Source of the DNA: Raillietiella orientalis
Taxonomy: Eukaryota
Direction: 5' to 3'
Length of the DNA: 64,000 nt
Assembly: GCA_036172245.1 (NCBI GenBank)
Contig: JAYWIR010000019.1
Location: 682,001 to 746,000 of the forward strand
A program made the translations under genes and the position numbers. Numbering within the stretch: position 1 is the stretch's first letter; each line of letters begins with the position of its first letter. Below the pieces are notes generated by a model. It did not search any database. It was not told the DNA's origin and saw nothing but the letters and a program-made list of their open reading frames with translations. This document shows, piece by piece, positions 38,313 through 49,180 of this stretch.

Positions 38313-38974
38313 ACTAAGAGCGAACCTTCAATGGGGTGAACAGCGATTTGCATTTTAGCGTTTCGTACGGTGTCAAGACAGGCCAGGGCCACCCCCTCTG
38401 GACAGCTGTGGGGCCCTTGGTGCAGGGGAGTTTCAAGGGAGACTTCAGGCAACGAAGTTCAGTCGAAGAGGCAAGCGTCTGTAACAGCCCTCTGTGGACA
38501 CTCTTCGACTCATCACGGAGTCTTTTTTTCTTTCTCCCAGAGTTCCTCAGGGTCTGCTTTTTTTTTGGTTCGCAAAGTACTCAATAACCGTTCGCCTAGG
38601 GGCTCACGAAGCTCTTTAATACTTGAGAGTAACTCCACGACTTTTGGTAAAATGTGACCAATCTTTACTGCAGTTGAAGGAGTACACCCGGGAGTGCGTG
38701 CTGACTCTTCAAGTTAGAGGGGGGGAACCCCGGGAGGGGATCACCCTATGAATCCAGGAAGGGCTCCGGAGGAAGGAACCTGTTCCTGGTTTCCTCCTCT
38801 GGTGCCGGCTCCATCCCTCAACCGGAGGGGAACCCTAAAGGGCTCCTTGATGGCCTGGAAGAACCCTGTAAGGTCAACTTCCAATCCCGGAGACCGGTCA
38901 GCGGGGGCATCCGGGGAGTTTCCGGCTTCCAACCAGCTCCGCCTCACCCGAATAGGCCAACCAGCGCCGTCCTG

Positions 38975-39100
38975 AGGGGAAACCCACGACGTGAACCCCG
39001 CTCTCGGAGTCGACTCTTTCGCCCCGGGCGGGACTCGAACCCGGGACGCTTGGCACCAAGCGCGGGCACCACAGTCACGAGTTCGCAAACGGGTTTTCTC
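38975..39100 (-). mobile_element. tRNA-derived SINE-like fragment
   Basis: Minus strand GCCAAGCGTCCCGGGTTCGAGTCCCGCCCGGGG (B-box 39031-39041); no complete cloverleaf; homologous to 34420-34560. Confidence 0.5.
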
Positions 39101-39199
39101 GCTTTCCGGTCACCGCAGCGCAGCACATCCGGAGCACCTCGAGTGGAAGTGTAGTCGACGGAACGAAGAAACTCAGAAGCGAGTGGACGTGCATGAAAT

Positions 39200-40520
39200 T
39201 CCATGCATAAATACAGTTATCCGGAATCATCATCTTCGCTAACCGAGGGAAGAGGAGGAGGACAAAGAGGTCCCCGAGGACGGCAAAACAGCTACCCGAC
39301 ATCCAGCCTGAACGGCAAAAGACCGAAAACGAAACTGAAGCACCTGTGTCGCCCGCGGACGGAAGGAGACACCGACATGCGCGACGTCGCCACTGTCGTA
39401 AAGCTCCAGGACCTCAAACATCGGATCCGAATCATCAGCGCGTGGGATGACTGGCCGTTCGCGTTCCACCGCGCCTTCGCAAGACTGGTGCACGGAATCG
39501 ACGGCCTCATGTCCGCCATGACGCTCACCGCGGGTGACTGGAAGAATGTGGACCCAATGTGGCCGCAAATCCAGAGTCTTATATGGATCCTGAAATTGAA
39601 AATCGTGCCAAGGAGCAAGGAGCTCTGGGGCAAAGAGCTCTCCAAGGTGATCCCGCCATTTCTCAGCATCCCTTGGGATACAGCAGCATGGCTCAACAAA
39701 AACAAGATGACCATGGAAGAATGAGAGCGACTATCGACAAGCGTGGTTATCCAGGCACGACGAGTCCACGCATAGAAAGGGGAATTCGAGGGGAGGGCAA
39801 CCCACAGGACACGCGAGCTTTGGAAACACCAAGGCACCCAGTGGTCCAGGTGAACCCCCCATTGAGCAACGTGAGGATGCCAGAAGACCCCGCACCGTGC
39901 GAAGCAATGGAGAAAATGAGAAGCAGACCCACAGGCAACCGGGACGGTCCTGTGGAGATCCTCCTTGTCGCTTAGCATCCAGGGTAGCCTCCTGATGTTC
40001 TACCACGGAGGCATCCTTTGCGGCACGAGGCTCCAGCACTGGACCTGGAACCCTAACGACGACCAGTGCCCAGGGTGCGGGTCGATCGAAGACGACCTGC
40101 ACACCTACACCTGCCGAACCCTCATCCGAGATTGGAGAGCTGCGGGGACTCTGCGAAGACGGCGTTCCCCGCTACGACCCCACCGTGCGGGTGATCGTCG
40201 CCTTCTTCCTGAGGAGCATCCTCATCGGAAGAACGAAACTCACTCATGGACACAAGTGCAATGCCCGGGACATCCTAACAAGATTCCGGAAAAGGGGGAT
40301 AAACATCCGGGAGTGCGGAGGAGTTCCATCTTGGACTCTCCTGCGCTGCCTCAGAATCCTGAACTGTGCGGCCGGGACGGCGTCGTGTCATACCCGCGAG
40401 GCCGCAACACCGATTCAGTGCTTTGTTTGGGTGTGCGTATCAGTTGTGTGCATGTGTTGTAAATAAATTTACCCCACCGCGAGGCGGACTGGGGAGAGGA
40501 GGAGAGGAAAAAAAAAAAAA
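39200..40520 (+). mobile_element. 3' part of a second L1/Tx1-type LINE family
   Basis: KTKLKHLCRPRTEGDTDMRD resembles the post-RT LCxPKxEGGLG motif; zf-RVT-like FYHGGILCGTRLQHW..CPGCGSIEDDLHTYTC; AATAAA at 40462, GC hairpin 40472-40494, A-run ~40508-40520. Confidence 0.7.
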
Positions 40521-43500
40521 GCGGAAGGGAGGGGCGAATAGGCACATGAACTTCATTGCTGGTGCTGTCATTGTCTTCTGCTTCGAGTGCCTTCCAGACG
40601 CTCAACAGTTCACCGATCCTCTCCGTCTGAGTGCATGAAATCGAGGAATTTTCGCCTCAAGCAAGTGCGCAATCTGAAGGACATTCCGGTCGGGATTTCG
40701 TCCTGCGGAGGTGTTTTTGTTGCGCTCGGGCAGCTAGCGTCTGGGAAGACTTTTTTTGTGCTGTGTAGTAATGTGGAGTGTTGCCGGCGTCCAATGGCAG
40801 CGATGTCTGAGGACACCGCGATGGAGACAGGTGTGGGAGAGACAAGTTCCTCTCCCCAGCCTACGGAGGTGGTGGCAACGTAGTGATCCTGAGAGGCTAC
40901 CGCTCGGCTTGACCGCTGCCACATCATCATCAACAGCATCAGTGATGCGTTTTTCCCGTTCTCGCTTTCCAGGGAAATCACCCGGAGGCAATAAATAAAA
41001 ACTGGGAAACAAAGTGCAACCGTAAACGTGCACTTGACCGAAAGACATGCGGGAATTGATTTTCACTGCGCAGACAATGTGCTTGCAGGATGCGTGCATG
41101 AACCATCCGCATGCCACTATTATCTCCTGATCTCAAACACTCAGTGCTCAACGCAGTTTACACTCCAGGTGACCTTGAATCGGAACATCCTCTTCTGCAA
41201 TCCTTTTGACTCTTGAGAAAAAATCTTCAGGCTCGCTGCCTCACGCTTTCCTGACCACCAGACTACTGCAATCGGTACTAACGTGATCTACAACATCCTG
41301 ATGAGGTCCAGAATATCACACTCATTGGATGATCATGATCGCATGCAGCTTCACTGACGTACTCTGAACGCATTGGAAGCAAAGAAACAACCTCACGTTC
41401 GTTGCTAAGAGCAACAGCAGAGAAATAACTGGTTCTGCATTCAGACAGAACGGCAACTGACTCACAGCTAATTCAACACTAAATCCCGCCGAAAAATTCA
41501 GTTGAAGATGTGAGGAGCAGCTGAAAACTTTCCATTTCATTCGATTTTCTTTTTTTAAAAAAAAAAATAAAAATAAAATTTTTTGGATTCCCAAAAAATA
41601 CGCACATACGTTTCTCTGACCACGGATTCCCGGCTAACTTTCGCTGCGTATCCAGCCGAAGCTCGGATCTGTATCGACTTATTTTTTTTAAGCCATCGGG
41701 CATCTGACACCTCCACCTCCTGCGAAACTTGGAAAATAGGTTTTGCCACTTTGATGGGCGTTGCCTGCCCGCAAGTAGATCGGAAATGGAGGTGGAATAC
41801 CTTCTGAGATCCCTTCTTTAAATCAGGGATTGCGGTTCTGCTTAGAAACAGATGCATCATTCGTCTCCGCAAATTTGCCTCCATGCTGAGCAAAATGAGT
41901 CAGGACGTTCACGCTTGAAAAACAGCAAACAATAAATCCCGAGGATAAATAATAGCTCACGGCATGCGCCGACTGTACCAGGTGAATGATGTCACTGAAC
42001 GAATCGCAATGAGCTACGAAATGCAACATCGAATCACTCTGCTGAGAAGGCCACTCGGAGATGAGAGGATCGGAGCCAACCGCAACGGTTGCGGCTGACG
42101 ACCAAATCCGTGACAGATTCTTCAGATTCCATTTGGATAGGGGAACTGCTCCAATACGACAAGTGCCAGGTCGTGATGTTCAAGTCTTGTAAGCCGTACC
42201 AGGCACCTTTCCTTCATAACGAAAACGCAAAACTCATTTTTTTTTTTTTTTTTTTTTTTTAGGATGAGAATCCCATCCCCGAATTTCCTCTTGGAATGAG
42301 AAGCTGCGTATGAGCATCCAGTTCACAACTGGGTACTCGGCATCGAGCACACTTTCGGTGACACCACCACGGTCTTCGAGAAAGCAGCATCCCCCGGGCA
42401 AAGCACACCTCTTGATCCGCTTGACAGTTGACCCGACGAAGATTTTCAACACGGGAGGATGATGCGGGTCCTGAATCCTGCCTTCAATCTTTGGCAATTG
42501 CAAACCCCCGGTCTGGACGCTTCAAACGACGGGACAGGAATGCTGTCCTGCCGTTCGGAACGAGTGCTGAGTGCTGCTTTGGGTACGGAATCAGCACCTG
42601 GCGACGCAGTCGTACCACATGCTGACTCCCAACGTGCTAATGCGGTCTAAAAGACACGAACTTTTCAGCATGCGGGACAAAATACGAAAAAGGAAAACAT
42701 GACTGGGCCGTAGCTGTCGTTAAAATCACAAAAGTATATGACTAAAGATGCGATTGTGATTGCAAGCAAGTCGTCGCACACATGCGGAAGGCTTGGTGGA
42801 ACCGACCACCTTCACCTGCATTCTGAGCGCTGCTGCGTATGGATAGAAACATTTCTGGGCCGAGCAAACCCCCCGAGTTCGTCCGTATGAATCGCTCCTA
42901 CACAAACGTTTCGCCGCGTTTCACCTTTTGGCCAACAGCTTGGGTCAACTCGGGATCTGGGAACGGGCACGCGCACCACAACTGTTTCCCAGCCACAACT
43001 CAACTTCGAATCGCGTGCTCCTTCATCTGGAAGGCAGGAATGCATAGTTGCGTCCATCACCGGGCGGTCTCGGAAACTTCAAATGATCGTTACACGTCAT
43101 TGGATTCACAGCATGCATCCGTACGTCTCATGGAGGGTCTTCGTCCCCTGAAATTTCAGATTTGCCGGAATTACGCCTCCCGTAAACGGGAAGCGACCGC
43201 CGTGGGGGCTAACGCTCCACCTCTGATCCTTCTCCCATCAAGCTCACCTGATTTTTGAAGGTTCAGCTGCTCGCAGCACACGGCCCGCAAAATGCAAAGC
43301 CTTGCGAGGATCGAGTTCGAAGTTCACGAAACGGATTTTTCGATACCACAAACGAAGGAGCACTACATACACCGAAATCTGATTACACCAAAACACCGTG
43401 TATGGGAAAAATTCGTGACCACCGGCACAGCTTTCTAGAGGCTGACGTCTGTATCTATCTGTCTGTCTATCTATCTATGTACATCTACATTTATAGGTAT

Positions 43501-43861
43501 ATACATACATACATATATTTGGAGAATGACTATTTTTCACAAACATTTAAAGTTATGGCTATAATTTTATTCTTCAAATACCTAGCTCTACATCTTCATT
43601 ATATTACTATTCCATATATACACATCCTAAAGATGCAAACAAAAATTTTAAAAAAAGGAAAAGAAAGAAAAGGAAAAAAGCACTATCACAAAGCAGTTCA
43701 TGAGTGAGAAGCCATGTTTTAATGTTCAACATTCTGCATGTTCCTTTCTATTCCCTCTAACAGAGATTACTTTTTTCGTAACGGCTTCCCATTTCAAATG
43801 CGATAATTCATATGAACTGGTTCTGACTTAATCAATAGGCATACACATGATCTATCAATTA

Positions 43862-46113
43862 TTAATTGCACTGAATAATAAAGGAAATTGCCTGTTTCAC
43901 TTCTGCTAATCTTATGCGAGAAAGGAAGGTAACAAGGAGCATAGATTCTGTAAGAAATCTGCATGAGCCAAACTGTGCTCCTAACAATATTTTAGTAGTG
44001 AGTGCCAAGATCCATTCCATAATCACTGTACTGGAAAACGAAATGGAACAATTTGGCTGGAACCAGGTACGTGGAGCCCACAATAAGAGCTGACAAACTG
44101 TTGCTGCTACTTCTGGTGACGGACGCTGTTATAGAAATTATAAGTTACAGAAAAATTACTTTTCCATACTGACCTTTTTCGGATCTACACTTAGAATTAA
44201 TTTGAGAAGATGCTGAATTGACTGAGGCAAATCTGGAGGAAATGATGGTAAGGTGCTTTCTGTATATGTACGGGAATCGAGCATCCCTTCATAAAATGGG
44301 TTATTTGAGCCAAAAATTTCATAGCCAAGGGTTCCAGCAGCCCAAAGATCTGCTTTACTGTAATCCAGTGTTTTGAATGTGCCAGGACTCATTCTCGAAA
44401 TCTCTGGTGCCATTAGAGCTGTGTTTCCACCAAGATCAACTTCTTCTGAATGATAAGGTAAATGGAATCCCATCAAACAGCATCCAAAATCCGTTAGCGC
44501 CAAACTTGGAAAATCACCACCTCCAGCAAGATCCACAAGAACGTTGTCTGCTTTTAGATCTCTGTGAGAGACCTGATACTTTTTCAAGTGGACTAATGCT
44601 TCCAGTAACTGTGCAAATAAGAGCAATCTTGTGCGAAAGTCTGGTTTTTGTTCAGAAAGAAATTGCCTCAAAGAGCAATCATAGCTAAAAGAAAATAAAT
44701 AAATAAATACTACATTATCTCTCAGAAATTCTAAGGAATTATCAAAAACAAAAGCATCTTGATGAACCTAATATGACAATCAAATGCTTCATTTTACTGG
44801 AGTTTGTCTTTCTATGATTACAAATTATAATGAATGAACAGAGAATTCCTCGATTAATGTTGAAGTCTGATGAGAATTCCTGAAAACTTTAGCTATGTTT
44901 TAAATCAGTTAACCAAGTTTATAAGCATGATGGATACAAACACTTCAAGGACGATTGGAATATTTTCTTGAATACATAATCAGTTACTAATGTGCTCACC
45001 GCTTCATAATCACATAAAGACTCATATTATGTCCTAACCCTTTGGAATTGATTCTCTGTGGTAATGCTTCTGGATACAAAGCATGGCAACCAGGAAGATC
45101 CACAACTTCATCAGCAAAAGCACAGCCCATTTTCACAATATATGGATGTGCTGGTAGGAACTTTACACGCAAACTGGAAAATATGATTAGAGCCTGAAAT
45201 TCTGATTATCTTTGCATTCCAACCTTTCCAAGTTTGAACTCAAATAATTTCTTTGGCAAGGAATGATTTCCTTTTGCATAGCCCTCACGATGGCCTGTGC
45301 ATTGGATTCCACTCCATAATTAAACATAATTTTGATTGCCATAGGAAACACTTTTGGTTGACTGGTTTCCTGAATCCAGCATGCACTATACACTGCAGCA
45401 TTGCAACCTTTTCCCAGAAATGATCCAAAACTCAGAGATTTCACAGAGGGTTGAACAGATTTTGCTACTTTAATCCAATGATCATCATCACTAACCCAAT
45501 TGAGTTTCAAGACTGATTCCTAAAAAAAAACTTGGATGCACACTATGCCCTCAACCAACATTACTTTACTCTAATACGCCAGCAAAGAGATTCAGATTCT
45601 TCTTCCTTTGATACAATACCAGAAGCTGATGTGAAAGTTATACCAACAAGTGCAAAAGCTGGTCTGGCATTACCATTTAGACAGCTTTTTGTCACCTTTC
45701 TATGTACGTGTGCTGCTAATGGAGTATGAGTTCTACGCAGAAGACTGTCTAACCATGCATTTCTTGACAAAACAGAAACAAAAATAAACTAACAGTTTAA
45801 ATCACACAAAGAATAGCATTTTGAAAGAAATGAAAAAACAAGGAACATAAGTTGAGCTTTCTAACAATCATAGCAATTTGATTTCATACCTTGTCTTCAA
45901 AGACCATTGTTTCAATCCTTCAACAGCTTTTGCAATTGTACGTGACAACCTTGTTTCATTTGATGTTAGGTGGAAAGTTGTCCCTTCCAAAGCAGAGGTA
46001 TGAAACCAGTTCTTACTTTTCCATTTTGGTACAACGTGTCTTTTTGGAAAGATTTTATTCGAGTATGTATAGATTTTTGATAAGATCATTCCTAATGATG
46101 TTTTGCAAGTCAT
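43862..46113 (-). CDS. PINK1: PINK1 mitochondrial serine/threonine (ubiquitin) kinase
   Basis: Exons 46113-45890, 45762-45570, 45519-45224, 45173-45000, 44684-44174, 44125-43862, all phase-consistent. Motifs [91 protein letters not shown] and CQLLLWAP. The start could be 46089. Confidence 0.95.
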
Positions 46114-48353
46114 TGGTTTCTCGTGGTATATTCCTATTCATGGGTTTCTGTCATGAAGGCTATACAATGCACTTATCAAATTGCCTTACATGCATGTAAG
46201 CTATTTTTTTTTTACATGAATGTCAAATATCATTCTGAAAAACTGAATAGATAACATTAAAATATGTCTCATTCACAGATTGGTGACTACTGCATATATG
46301 TTATTTTCCTGGCATCCTATGATGTTACATTCCATGAAAATAAATGTTACCAAAAAAAAAAAAAAAACAATAAAAAAAAAAAAAAACGTGACTGATCTAT
46401 ATTGTGTTCATGATTAGCCATCCTGCTCATCCCCAAGATTTATGCCGTATCAAAACTTGGAAAAATGACAATTCACTTTTTGAATCAGCTTTATTTTCGA
46501 GAGCTCACATTAGCTGCAATGTTCTCATTTAACAGTTCATGCTCAAGATTTGCAAATGTATACATTAATTCCTAATTTCAGACACATAAACAAATGATTC
46601 TAGTAATTATCACGGGCAGGTCTTTTCGGAAATGACGATTCTCGATTGAAAGTTCTTCAGAATCTTCATGAAAAAGATTTGGTTCCTCATGTGTAATGCA
46701 ACCAGATACATTTTCATCATTACTTAGCAACCAAATTCATGCTACGGGCATGCAACGCACACAAGTAACGTGAAAACACAAGCATACTAATCAGACTATG
46801 AATATCAATAGCCCTACTACTGTGCTGATTAGCCAAGTTAAACGAAATAAATGAATATTTAGATTTGTTTCCTTTTTATTCATGGAGACAAATTTCATGA
46901 TGAACATTAACCTCTTACACACGAGATCTTAATTTTGGCTATAGGACAGGAAAAATACCAACACCACATTAAGGCCAAAGAGAAGACTGTACAGGGGAAA
47001 TAGGACCTCGATTACAAGTGCAATACCATTCACTTGCATCACTTTTAGTAAAGTCAAGTCCCAAATACACAAACATGCAACGTAACATCAACACTTCTAA
47101 GCACAAGTCCCAAATATATCCGATCCATTCACAAACGGAAAGGGCTATTAATTTCAGGAAAGTCTTTGTCACCTTTATTTCTTTTTTCCCCTCCACTTTC
47201 CAGAAACGCAGTTACGCAGATCGGGACGAGGGTACTCGGAGGAGAAGGAACAAATGTTTTGACGTGAATCAGCAACAGAAATAACAGTGGGATCGTCAGT
47301 CATTGCTTAGCATCGACACACGAAATGACAATGTGGATTTTAAGGGATAAGGACAAAATAAACAAAAAGTGACGAGAATAAGGAATTCAGGAAAATGAAT
47401 TTCATGCCATTTGCTGATGAATAACAGCAGGGAAAAGCACTAATAAAACAGGAAGTTAAGGGGTCTTAGTATCTAAATGGATAGAACCAAAAGAACAAAA
47501 GCAAGTGGACAACGTAGCAAACTTTGGACAACAGCATGAAGGGAAGAGATACCGAAATTCTTAAAACTGAGAAACTGGAGCCCTTTCTTGACATTTCTGC
47601 ATAAATAAACCCTACTGTAATTTTTCGTATACATGCTTTGCAACTTAGTACAATATCCATACTATAATAAGCTAAAATCAACAAGAAAAGATATTATTTT
47701 GAAATTAATAACGCAAGAAAATTCCTCAAGTGTTGCTCTCCAGAAGTGATCCTCATAAATAAGAAATTAAAGAATGCTTAGGAACTTCCCCATAGAAAGA
47801 CAGTTATTAATTTCAATTAATGGATTAGTCAATTGCAAAGAATTTATAATTATAGGGTGAACTGAACTTGGTATGCCCTGATGAGCCAAGTTACTCATAA
47901 AAGCCATATGATTATAGAAAAAAAATACTTCGTTTGAGTAGCAAGAAAATCTTTGAAAAGTCATTTACAATACAAGAGTTATTACTTTCCACAACAACAT
48001 ACTCCTGTGATCATTGATGAAGCTCACTTACACAGCAACAGACAAACAAACAAACCTTTTTGAAAATCAAACTTTAAGCAAACGACATTACGAGAGGAAG
48101 ATCCATGAAACAGAATCAACAAAATTTACATAGTGACAACGAATCGGTGAGAAATTTGCAAAATTTCAGAAAGGATTGTGAAACGTGGAACGAATAGAGA
48201 TACTATTTTTCATATATGTACATGAGGAAAACCTATTTGCTATCAGATTAATAAAACACACGTAAAAACTGTTGATGATGATTAGCAGAGATGAAGTCCC
48301 TGCCATTTTTAAATTTCTAGCTGGTTCAAAATCACTCAGTATGATAGCTTTGT

Positions 48354-49180
48354 TTATCACCCGGGTGCGCCGGGGCGTTTATTGCAAAACTATCCGGGAA
48401 CAGAGTTCCCGGACAAAGGACACAGAAGAAACGAAGGGGGGGGATCCCCGACACGCAGGTGGGTAAACCGAAAGTCCGGAACGGGAGGGAGGGGACCACA
48501 AATACACACATATAAAAAATAGAAATAAAGATATAGGGAGGGTAGGGGACAGGGCCTTTGGTTTGGCCGTTCCTTTGTTTCAGAACCGGCTATGGGTGCC
48601 GGTGATCTCGCTCCTAACGACCTCTGGAAGATGGGCCCACTCGGCAGCCGACGCCATGTTCTCGTCGGCTATTCCGGTGGCCTGACGACGAATTGCCAGC
48701 TTCTGTAGCTCTCGGTGGGCCTTGTCGATGGCGCGGGTGCAACAGACCGTTGCGATGACAGCACCTAAGGACAGGCCGCCTGGGGTGAAGAAGTCTCCGC
48801 ATCAAGTCTCTTGCGGTGTCCCCCTGGTGCAGGAGAGCTGAGGTCAGCCTCCGCCACAGTCCTTGGAGGACACCGCAGTCCAAGAGCAGGTGCGGGAGCG
48901 TTTCCACGTCCCCGCATCGTTTACAGTTCGGGGAGACAACTCCCCCGGAAACACGGTTCATCCGCTGGTTGGAGTGAAAACACCAATGCACCAGCATGAT
49001 GGCGTCCTGTTTCCAAGTTGAAGGGAACTTGGGGAGCACTATTGAGTGTGCCCCCCAAGTTGTTCGGGGGGCACACTCAATAGTTCGCTCCACCGAAGGA
49101 GTCCCTTCGAAAGAAGTTGCGAGGCGTGGCGGCGTCTGCCAGCTCGCAAGTCCTCCAGCCGCCTATGGGTCGGCTAGCCA
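48354..49180 (-). mobile_element. 5'-truncated LINE, same family as copies 1-3 (copy 4), inserted upstream of PINK1
   Basis: SPNCKRCGDVETLPHLLLDC zinc finger; 3' end AATAAACGCCCCGGCGCACCCGGGTG; exact 14-bp TSD TATGATAGCTTTGT at 48340-48353 and 49181-49194. Confidence 0.88.

Noticed and set aside
40600..43440. Short ORFs, possible TE ORF1 or transposase relics
   Set aside because: No identifiable domain, termini or splice structure.
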